DNA of 64,000 nt, taken from a virus. The translations under genes were made by a program, and so were the position numbers. The notes under the pieces were generated by a model that did not search any database, was not told the DNA's origin, and was given only the letters and a program-made list of their open reading frames with translations. Where the stretch lies: IMG/VR virus record IMGVR_UViG_3300025687_000001, positions 96,862 through 160,861 of that record. One strand, 5' to 3'. Below are positions 1 to 7,744 of this stretch, piece after piece (the first letter of the stretch is position 1; every line of letters begins with the position of its first letter).

Positions 1-3000
1 TCTCAGCTAGCCCTCGGTGCTTTTTTAGGTCCTGTAGCGCGTAGGCGTTAGCCATGGTCTCGTCACGCAGAACCCGAAGCGCTCCCTTGAGAGTGTCCCT
101 CTTAGGCGCTGCGTTCATGTCCGTGCGGATAGCCGCCCGAATCTGATCATCCAGCGTTAGAGCCCCAGACCTGCGGGCTCGATTTTCAAAATCTCGAGCG
201 TGTCCTAGCTCGTGCGCCAGGAACTCCGGGGTGTGCGCCTGCACTGCCTGCCTACGCGAGTAGTCGTAAGTCGGAGACTCAACCCCCCGGTTCATGGGAT
301 GGTTGCGATCTGCCGTAACCCCGAATCCCCCTTCGGGGCTCACATGTACCAGCCCTCTATCGTTGATGATCTTGCGACCGAAGTCCTGCATGTCAGCTTC
401 GACCTTGGCCTTAGCCTGATCTAAGCTGAACCCTTCGGCCATGATGTCCCGAAGGCGCTTATCGCCGTACTCATTGATCTGCTTGCGGTAGTTGTTTACC
501 GCAGCCATGCTGAGTGGCTTGTGAAGGAAGGGCACGGCCCCTGCTGCGCCTAACCCAAGCCCTGCAGCTACCTCGGGTACAGAGACGTCTTCCGGGTTTA
601 CCTTGGACAGGCCGTAAATAGCTCCAGCACCGCCCAGACCGATGGCTCCGCGAGCGATGTTAGGCGCGTGCCGCAGCAACTTGTCTCGTCGCAGCGCAGA
701 TCGCTGCTGCTTTGCTACCTCAGCAATCGCGTCTTCTGTGGACATGCCGGCTGCGCGCAAATCACGAACAGCACGCGCCTTAGCTTCCTCTGGGTCTGGC
801 GTGTACTCGAGCACCGTCTCCAGGCTGGGGTCGCTGGCAATGTCTCTAGGCAACAGGGAGCTGAGGCTCTTGTTCTGCCGAGCCTTGGACGCCGGGTCCA
901 TAGTCCCACCAGGAAGAACTGTGCAAACCCCCCCGGCGCACCGAACCTCCTCGCCTAGTTGACTAGGAGTCTTAGGCTGCTTGTTGGTAAGCTTCCCCCA
1001 CAGCTTAGCAACGGGGTCTGGCACCAAGATTTCTCGCAGCCCACTCTTGACAGACTTGCCTACGCTGTACGTCGGAGCATCTCCGTGCTGGCCGTACATA
1101 GACTGTAGGAACTTAGCTCGGTCCTGCTCCCCTGTCAGGGACGCCATGGCCGGGTCTTTGTGCCGTAGGATCCGCACTCGGCGCTCAGGATTGATACCCG
1201 CGTCACCTATGTCACTCATGACATGGCGTCGATCTGGCGCAATGTCCAGAACCTTGCCGGGTCCCCACCCCACGTTAGCGTGGGTATAGTCAGCAGACCC
1301 TTGAGTCGCCGCCACTAGATTGCGGATAGGGTCACCTTTGTCAGACCCCGAGAGGACGATATCGCCTGGCTTCAAGTTAGCCGTTATGTAGTCAAAGTTG
1401 TGGGTGCTGGTACCCGGCGTGTGCAGCGGAGCCCGACGATTAGTAAGCGCAGTAACCGCAGGCACCCCCGCCGCTACCCCCATGAGGGAGTTGCGTAGCG
1501 CGTGGGACTCCTCATCTTGCTGCCAGGGCAAGGCAGCACCCGTCTTCTCCCCCTCGCGACCTTTGCTGTACTGAACCCCTGCTCCGATGCCACCAATGCC
1601 CGCGCCGATACCTAGTTGCGCCAAGAAGGTGTTATACCCAGACTGCGCTGCGGGCTGCATAGCCCTAGCCACTTCAGGTGGGAGGTGCCCTTTGTCTAAC
1701 TGCTGAAGAGGAGTCAAGGCGGACATGTCCCCCGCCTCAATAGCCTCCCGGACTTTCCTTGAGGCACTGGGAGTACCGAGGTTTCCGCCAGTCTCCATCA
1801 CAGTAGACACTGGCGTCTGCCCAGTAATGAACTCCAGAGAGTCCTTCTCCGGCCGTGTAAGCTTACGACTGTAGCCTTTAGGAGCGCGAGCTGCTTCATC
1901 CAACAGCTTAGTAGCCCGTCTCCCATGATAAACTCCTCGGAAGGGCATAGCAGCGCCCTCCAGGAAACCGCGCCCGAGACCCCGCCAACCCCCCTTAGCT
2001 CCACCCTTGAAACCCTCGATGAGCCCAGTCACCATGCTAGGGACCAACAACCCGCCTCCCGCTAATCCTCCAGCAATGCCCACGCCCTGCTTGAGGTTAT
2101 GCTCTCCCTCAGAGATACCTGCCCGCTGGTTACGTGCCCCATACTCAGACGTCCAGACGCCAAAGGGGCCCAGACCCGCAGCAAAGTCCTGTCCTAGATT
2201 GGTAGGCTTCTCGGACTTCCAGAACGCACTCGTCTTTACGCGCGTAAGCAGCCACTTCCCGTCCTTCGTACGCAGCAGCCGCATCTTTCCCTGGTCAGGC
2301 ACATCGAACTCCACTTTACCTGGCGCAGACGACACCATAGTGTCCGCGTCAAGTATAGCGTCAACCTTGCCTGCCCCGTACGTTCCCTCCGGGATTTCCC
2401 CCGACCACCCCGCGTAGTCCGCTGTGTGGGTAGGCTGAAGCAAAGCAAGCAGCTTCTGTCGCTTCTCGTCGGGCCACTGAGCTCGAGGCACCGCCCAAGA
2501 GTGAGCACGGCTGGTCTCCGGATCAACCAGGCGAAGGTCCCAGTGCTTTCCCGCGCGGTTTGCGTTGTGGAGCTGGGTGGTTAGGCGCCAGTTGGCGTCT
2601 TGGACCTCTGGGATTGGGTGGATTTGGCGGGAGGCGGGGATGCCTGGGGCGAATTCTTCGGAGGACTGCTTCTTCCGAAACCAATTGCCCCCACCCCACC
2701 GATCTTCATAGTCGCCCTCCTCGAAACCCGCTGCAAGGAACGCCTTCCGAGAAGGCTCGTTGCTCGTCTCAATGAACGCAATGCCGTCCCCATGTTTTGC
2801 GACGTGCTCCCGGATGGCCTGCGCGGCCAAGCCCTTCCCTCGGTGCTCCGGCTGAACGTAGATGGCGCCCACCCGGTGCATCCCCGAACCCCTGGACTGG
2901 CGCGGAGTGTGGAACCCCACGATCTCACCATCGACTGTGATTGGAACCCGAACTCTATCCTTGTCCCTGGGGCGTACGTACCCGCGTAGATAAGGCTCCT

Positions 3001-5116
3001 GATTAGCCTCGAGGAGGAGTTTGTAAGGGATACCGGGGGCGAATTCCCCCTGCGGTAACCCTGCCTCCTCCGAGAACTTCTTCAGCTCAGACCTAGCCCA
3101 TGGTGATTCGACTACGTCGTAGTGTCCGCGAAGCTTATCCGCCAGGGTGGTCTTACCAGCGGCCACGTCCCCCATGAGGAAGTTGATCTCGGAGGTCTTA
3201 GTCCGGAGAAGCTCCGCAAAAGGGGCTCCACCAACAGTTCGTACCGCGAAGGCAGGGTTGCCCTGAACATCCCTAGCGGGGCGAACTCGGTACTCCCCCA
3301 AAGGGGCCTCTAGCTCCCGTCTGAATAGAGGCACCTCATACGTAGGGTTCCTAGTGCTAACAACGCTAGTAGGGTCCGCCGTCCTGTTTGAGTCGCGGAC
3401 AAACCTTTCGTAATAGGGTCGATCCCATAAATCAGAGGCCTTGGTTACTGCGTGACTGTGCACCTCCGGGTAACTACCCGCCGCACCAGACCTGGAATAC
3501 GCAAACAACTTACCATCTACAGGTGCCCAGGATGGCTCCCCCACAATTCCAGTGGCATACCCCGCCGCTACGTCCGGGTGTCGAGTAGTGAAGACCAACT
3601 TACCGCCCTCTTCCGGCAGAGCATTGCCCCTGAAGAGCACGTCAGTAGGGCTGCTAGGGTTAGCTAAGATCTCAGCGGACCCTGTACTGGGCAGCAACAC
3701 CTCGTCCGCTGCCGGCAAGTGCTTCCCCTTAGCTCGCTCCCGAATAGAGTCAGTAGCTGCCGCTATGTCCCTACGCACTTGATAGGCAGGCTTGCTTCCA
3801 CTCCATGCATGCGCGCGATAAAGCTCTCTTGCGGCAGAGTCAGCTCTGGCACCTACCCGCCTGCGTTGCGCGTTACCCTCGATTAGCTCGTCTACAACAT
3901 CCCCGGCCCCCCGGCCCGGCTTACCGCTCTCTGGAACACCAAACCGCCTTTCTAGCGCGCCATACCAGTCCTTGCGCTCCTGCCTAGTAGTAGGGTTCAA
4001 CAAGTCCGCTATAGCGGCGTTGGACTTAGGCCCCACATCAGGCCCAGCCGCATGGAGGCGCTTGATCTCCTTAGTAATCCCCGGTCGGACCTCTTCTAAT
4101 AGAGCTAGTGCTTGTCTGGTGCTTGCTCGCGCAGCGTACTTGCTAATAGGAGCCGAGGAGCTCTTCTTAAACTCCCTCCACCTCTCCAACTCCTCCCTCA
4201 AACTCTCCGGCACCCCGCCCTCACGCCCAATACGCGCGTAGATCTCATCCAGGTCAGTAATGCTCGGCTCGCCCTCACGGTGAAGGCCGTACCTATTGAA
4301 CGTGTAGCCCTTCTCTTTAGCTAGGCGCTTGTCGTGGATGATGCCCTTGCCCCGAAGCCACTGAGCTAGCGCGGGCTCGAAGTGTTCCTCAGTGGTCTTG
4401 AAGACATCTACGCCAGGCTGCTTGGGCAGGTCAGTGACCCCCTCCTTAGGGACCACCAGGAGGTCAAGGTCTTTTGGGTCGGGGTGGCCCCTCCCGGTGG
4501 AGCCTACAGTAGCCTGGTAGCGAATTTGGTCTGCTAGGGACTCTGGGGCCGCACCACTCTGCTTAGGAAACAGCGAAGTATACCCAGACCTAAAAACCTC
4601 GGGCAGCGACCCCACGGTGGCCCCCGCCCCCGCCCCACCAAGAAGCGCGATCAGCTTGTGCTTGGGGAGCAGCTTTGTGAAGCCCTTGTTGGGGTGAGCT
4701 GCTTCCCAAATTGCGCCAGACAACGCCCCTGCTGCCGGCGCTACCCCTAGGGCTCGGTCCGTTAGCGTCGGCTCCTGCGATCCCGTGTTCCAGAACGCTT
4801 TCTTCTCCTCCTGCCCGCCAAACAGCGCCCGCACCGCCAAAGCTTCCTCGTCGCTGTACCCGCGCTCGGACCCCTTGTGAGCTCCGCCTACCCAGAGCCT
4901 GTCAGGGTAGAGATGAACCTGCCCCCGCTCAGTGTGCAGTCCGTAGTGCGGGCCGCGCTTGGACTCTCCGAAGTGCGCTCGAGGACCGAACTTGAGATGC
5001 ACCGGTTCGTACTTAGAGCCAGGGCTCCGCTTAGCCGCGCGCTTCTTCTTGAGGCGCTCGATTTCCGCTATGAACTGTAGGAGCTCGTTCTGAGTCGGGG
5101 TACCTTGGTCGTTCAC
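1..5116 (-). CDS. Giant multidomain (polyvalent) protein, >1700 aa, truncated at left edge; PolX-like, ART, P-loop stub, GNAT, LigD phosphoesterase, permuted papain-like, zincin and Gly-rich hydrophobic modules
   Basis: Hand translation from GTG at 5116 gives no stop down to position 1 in one frame. Motifs: GSTGRGHPDPKDLDLLV...AKEKGYTFNRYGL; VLFRG...FTTRHPDVAAGYA...YEV; GDVAAGKTT; IYVQPEHRGKGLA; HNANRAGKHWDLRL...SWAVP...GEIPEGTYGAG; LKPGDIVL...YTHA...VCT...LLPRD; LAHELGH. Confidence 0.9.
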   Translation of the reverse strand, partial: MNDQGTPTQNELLQFIAEIERLKKKRAAKRSPGSKYEPVHLKFGPRAHFGESKRGPHYGLHTERGQVHLYPDRLWVGGAHKGSERGYSDEEALAVRALFGGQEEKKAFWNTGSQEPTLTDRALGVAPAAGALSGAIWEAAHPNKGFTKLLPKHKLIALLGGAGAGATVGSLPEVFRSGYTSLFPKQSGAAPESLADQIRYQATVGSTGRGHPDPKDLDLLVVPKEGVTDLPKQPGVDVFKTTEEHFEPALAQWLRGKGIIHDKRLAKEKGYTFNRYGLHREGEPSITDLDEIYARIGREGGVPESLREELERWREFKKSSSAPISKYAARASTRQALALLEEVRPGITKEIKRLHAAGPDVGPKSNAAIADLLNPTTRQERKDWYGALERRFGVPESGKPGRGAGDVVDELIEGNAQRRRVGARADSAARELYRAHAWSGSKPAYQVRRDIAAATDSIRERAKGKHLPAADEVLLPSTGSAEILANPSSPTDVLFRGNALPEEGGKLVFTTRHPDVAAGYATGIVGEPSWAPVDGKLFAYSRSGAAGSYPEVHSHAVTKASDLWDRPYYERFVRDSNRTADPTSVVSTRNPTYEVPLFRRELEAPLGEYRVRPARDVQGNPAFAVRTVGGAPFAELLRTKTSEINFLMGDVAAGKTTLADKLRGHYDVVESPWARSELKKFSEEAGLPQGEFAPGIPYKLLLEANQEPYLRGYVRPRDKDRVRVPITVDGEIVGFHTPRQSRGSGMHRVGAIYVQPEHRGKGLAAQAIREHVAKHGDGIAFIETSNEPSRKAFLAAGFEEGDYEDRWGGGNWFRKKQSSEEFAPGIPASRQIHPIPEVQDANWRLTTQLHNANRAGKHWDLRLVDPETSRAHSWAVPRAQWPDEKRQKLLALLQPTHTADYAGWSGEIPEGTYGAGKVDAILDADTMVSSAPGKVEFDVPDQGKMRLLRTKDGKWLLTRVKTSAFWKSEKPTNLGQDFAAGLGPFGVWTSEYGARNQRAGISEGEHNLKQGVGIAGGLAGGGLLVPSMVTGLIEGFKGGAKGGWRGLGRGFLEGAAMPFRGVYHGRRATKLLDEAARAPKGYSRKLTRPEKDSLEFITGQTPVSTVMETGGNLGTPSASRKVREAIEAGDMSALTPLQQLDKGHLPPEVARAMQPAAQSGYNTFLAQLGIGAGIGGIGAGVQYSKGREGEKTGAALPWQQDEESHALRNSLMGVAAGVPAVTALTNRRAPLHTPGTSTHNFDYITANLKPGDIVLSGSDKGDPIRNLVAATQGSADYTHANVGWGPGKVLDIAPDRRHVMSDIGDAGINPERRVRILRHKDPAMASLTGEQDRAKFLQSMYGQHGDAPTYSVGKSVKSGLREILVPDPVAKLWGKLTNKQPKTPSQLGEEVRCAGGVCTVLPGGTMDPASKARQNKSLSSLLPRDIASDPSLETVLEYTPDPEEAKARAVRDLRAAGMSTEDAIAEVAKQQRSALRRDKLLRHAPNIARGAIGLGGAGAIYGLSKVNPEDVSVPEVAAGLGLGAAGAVPFLHKPLSMAAVNNYRKQINEYGDKRLRDIMAEGFSLDQAKAKVEADMQDFGRKIINDRGLVHVSPEGGFGVTADRNHPMNRGVESPTYDYSRRQAVQAHTPEFLAHELGHARDFENRARRSGALTLDDQIRAAIRTDMNAAPKRDTLKGALRVLRDETMANAYALQDLKKHRGLAE

Positions 5117-5168
5117 GGCTTATCAGCCCCACATTAAGACTAATTCAGTTATAAGATAATTGACCGAG

Positions 5169-5642
5169 ATGAACATCTTTGTATTGGACTCGGACCCCGC
5201 AAAAGCGGCTGAATTCCACTGTGATAACCACGTCGGAAAGATGCTGCTGGAGTCCGTGCAAATGCTCTCCACGGTGCGTCGACTCTACGGGTATACCGCG
5301 CCCTACAGAGCTACGCACCCAAACCACCCTGCGACTGTGTGGGTCAGGGAATCCAGAGCCAATTACGTTTGGCTGTATGACCTGGCTCGAGAACTAGACA
5401 TCCAGCACGTCGCACGCTTTGGCACACGGCACAGCTCCGGCAAAGCACTGAGCAAAGTGCTCCTGGTGCCCGCTGAGCTCCCGGACACTCCGCGTACAAA
5501 GTTCGCTCAGTGCATGCCGCCCAAGTACCAGCACGCTGACGCGGTCGTGGCCTACCGAAAGTTCTACGCTGGGGAGAAGGCGCACTTTGCTACCTGGCGC
5601 AACGAAGAGCCGTATTGGTGGCGAATTATGTGTCATAAGTGA
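5169..5642 (+). CDS. Pyrimidine-dimer DNA glycosylase / endonuclease V (DenV)-like protein
   Basis: N-terminal MNIFVLD...HCDNHVGKMLLESVQMLST, HPNHPATVWVRES, AYRKFYAGEK match this phage family. Confidence 0.8.
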   Translation: MNIFVLDSDPAKAAEFHCDNHVGKMLLESVQMLSTVRRLYGYTAPYRATHPNHPATVWVRESRANYVWLYDLARELDIQHVARFGTRHSSGKALSKVLLVPAELPDTPRTKFAQCMPPKYQHADAVVAYRKFYAGEKAHFATWRNEEPYWWRIMCHK

Positions 5643-5646
5643 ACAC

Positions 5647-5916
5647 ATGGAAGCAATGCCAGCGTTGTTGGCTCTCACTGCGCCGTCTCTGGCGCGCGGG
5701 CCCAACTACCGCCCTTCGCGGCTACACCAAGCCGCTGTAGAATACTACCTGGGGTGCATACCTACTCAGTACGCGCCCCAGCTTGTCAAAACCTGCCGTG
5801 CCTGGCTCCGCCGCCAGCTCACCTGGAGCCACGTTGTCGCTGCTTGGGCTGCTGCGTGGGAGAACTACTACCGAACTTCTCCGCCGCACCTCATTCGAGA
5901 AGTACGATGCCCATAG
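5647..5916 (+). CDS. Hypothetical protein
   Basis: ATG 7 nt after a GTCATAAG motif; overlaps the next gene. Confidence 0.5.
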   Translation: MEAMPALLALTAPSLARGPNYRPSRLHQAAVEYYLGCIPTQYAPQLVKTCRAWLRRQLTWSHVVAAWAAAWENYYRTSPPHLIREVRCP

Positions 5917-6203
5917 CGTACACCGGGTGCGAATGCGGCACTTGTACGCGCGTAAAGGTCTCCGGCAGCTCCCTAAGCATGAACCACGTGAGCTTTGTAA
6001 CCTTCGGGATCGGATCCAAGGGGCTGCCGACCTTATTTGGCATCTCCGCACTGAAGCCCGGGGCGAAATACGTCAAAGAAATGGCAGTGGCGTACAGTAG
6101 GCTGAAGAAGCGTAACTGGGCTCCGGAGAACATGGTCTGCTGGGACTGTGGTGCCCCTGTGGAACTGGTAGGAGATCTGGATGGCGGGGCTGCTAGCGCT
6201 TAG
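5907..6203 (+). CDS. Small putative Zn-binding protein
   Basis: CECGTC and CWDCG Cys pairs. Confidence 0.5.
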   Translation: MPIAYTGCECGTCTRVKVSGSSLSMNHVSFVTFGIGSKGLPTLFGISALKPGAKYVKEMAVAYSRLKKRNWAPENMVCWDCGAPVELVGDLDGGAASA

Positions 6204-6459
6204 CGCTTTCCTGGGTTTCCTGGCTGGTGCTGCTTGCGCTGCTTTCAGCCTGGTCAGGGTCTGGTCTCCACAACGCAATAAGTACTTGGAGCGCCGAGCA
6301 CGCCTCAAGGTCATCGAGGACCTGCGCTTCGAGGCTCGCGCCTACGACGCCAAAGCTCGCTCTGCGTGGCAGCCGTTTTACATGAACAAATATGCTGCGC
6401 GCGCAGAGCAACTACGTCAGCAAGCACAAGACCTAGCGTACAAGGAAGAGTCCCTTTAG
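6181..6459 (+). CDS. Small membrane-anchored protein
   Basis: Hydrophobic N-terminal helix followed by a charged helical tail. Confidence 0.55.
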   Translation: MAGLLALSAFLGFLAGAACAAFSLVRVWSPQRNKYLERRARLKVIEDLRFEARAYDAKARSAWQPFYMNKYAARAEQLRQQAQDLAYKEESL

Positions 6460-6476
6460 GACTCCTTCCTTTTAGC
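6443..6476 (+). terminator. Intrinsic terminator
   Basis: aggaagagtcc/ggactccttcct stem followed by tttag. Confidence 0.55.
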
Positions 6477-6489
6477 CTAGACTTAGGCT

Positions 6490-7002
6490 ATGCGATTTAC
6501 TCCGTACCTAGCTGCAATCGTTAGCGCGTGGCCCGGCCTGACTTTAGCTCAGGCTACAGCTGCTTCTGTCAACAAGGGCACCACGTTCACCCTGGAGCTG
6601 GTGCTTGCACTTGGTACTGCACTCCTAGCCGTGGGAGCCTTTGTCCAGAAGTCGAGGCAGATGGAAAAGTCGCTGGAAGAAGCCAGCAAAGAACGCAGGC
6701 TACTCTCCGACACAGCGACCAAGATCGAGAAGGACATCATTCAGATGGGCAACAGGGCCACAGAGCACGGCCTGGCCGAAGTCGCAACCAGTGTGGCTCA
6801 GGCGATGATCATGATGGGGGGAGTGGCGGAGCGGTTAGAACGGTCTCAGGAGGCCTTAGAGACCCGCCTGCGAGAATGCGAACGTAACGCCGACCAGACA
6901 ACTGCGGCATTCCGGGAATTGGCCAAAGCCGCGGGCAACGCCGATGAGATGTACCGGCAGCTCAACGCAATGGAGAGGCGTATCGACCGGTTGGAGAGGT
7001 AG
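6490..7002 (+). CDS. Membrane protein with cytoplasmic coiled coil, first gene of the two-component operon
   Basis: Signal-like N-terminus, TM helix LVLALGTALLAVGAFV, long heptad-rich C-terminus. Confidence 0.65.
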   Translation: MRFTPYLAAIVSAWPGLTLAQATAASVNKGTTFTLELVLALGTALLAVGAFVQKSRQMEKSLEEASKERRLLSDTATKIEKDIIQMGNRATEHGLAEVATSVAQAMIMMGGVAERLERSQEALETRLRECERNADQTTAAFRELAKAAGNADEMYRQLNAMERRIDRLER

Positions 7003-7004
7003 CA

Positions 7005-7358
7005 GTGTCCAGCGTAGAAATCCCGCTGGTGCTGGTTGTTGAGGATAACAACACCGACTACGATCTTCTGGTTGAGCAGCTAGTTACTGAGTACCTGCTT
7101 GTTCGAGCCAAGGATGGCTCTGCCGCTATTGAGATGCTCCTCGGCGGGGCAACCTACTACGCCGCTATCATTGACCTATTGCTTCCGGGGACCAAGACGG
7201 GGGCTGATGTGTCCCTAGTCGCAGCGGACCTCGGGGTGCCTGTACTCATGCTCACTACCACACCAGCGCTAGCGCAAATGTCAGGTTCACTGGGCAGTAT
7301 CATGGAAAAGGGGGCTGCGCCGGAGGCGGTCCTTACTTGGTTACGGAGTCTGACGTGA
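7005..7358 (+). CDS. Single-domain response regulator (receiver)
   Basis: LVVEDN acidic pocket, IIDLLLP phospho-Asp, MLTT, EK. Confidence 0.85.
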   Translation: MSSVEIPLVLVVEDNNTDYDLLVEQLVTEYLLVRAKDGSAAIEMLLGGATYYAAIIDLLLPGTKTGADVSLVAADLGVPVLMLTTTPALAQMSGSLGSIMEKGAAPEAVLTWLRSLT

Positions 7359-7744
7359 GAGTGCTTCTGATCGAGGACTGCCCAGACGATGAGGTCAGGT
7401 CCCTAGCAGCTTTGCAGGCGACAGAGATGCCCCTGAACGTAACGGTGGCGCATAACAGCGGTGATGCGAAGAAGTCCCTGGAGGAGTCCGGTCCCTGGGA
7501 CATAGTCCTTGTGGACTTTCGACTGCCTGGGAGCATCGACGGGGTGACGCTGGCCGAGCTGGCTATGGAGTTGTACCCCGACGCACGGGTCGCGATGTTG
7601 ACCGGACTCCCCGAAGCAGCGTCTCGTGCGTTAAAAGACAACCGTATCCTGGTGTTTGGTAAGGACATCTTCTTGCGTGGGCACGTCGCAGCGCTGGTCC
7701 ACGACGCTTCTATCCAGCCGGGCACGTTGTACGCGGTAGGCTGA
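7355..7744 (+). CDS. Single-domain response regulator (receiver)
   Basis: LLIEDCPDD, LVDFRLPG..DG, MLTG, GK; GTGA overlap with the previous gene. Confidence 0.85.
   Translation: MRVLLIEDCPDDEVRSLAALQATEMPLNVTVAHNSGDAKKSLEESGPWDIVLVDFRLPGSIDGVTLAELAMELYPDARVAMLTGLPEAASRALKDNRILVFGKDIFLRGHVAALVHDASIQPGTLYAVG

Noticed and set aside
212-5080. Many short plus-strand ORFs in the track over the first 5 kb
   Set aside because: They are shadows of the long minus-strand polyprotein, which carries the recognisable motifs.
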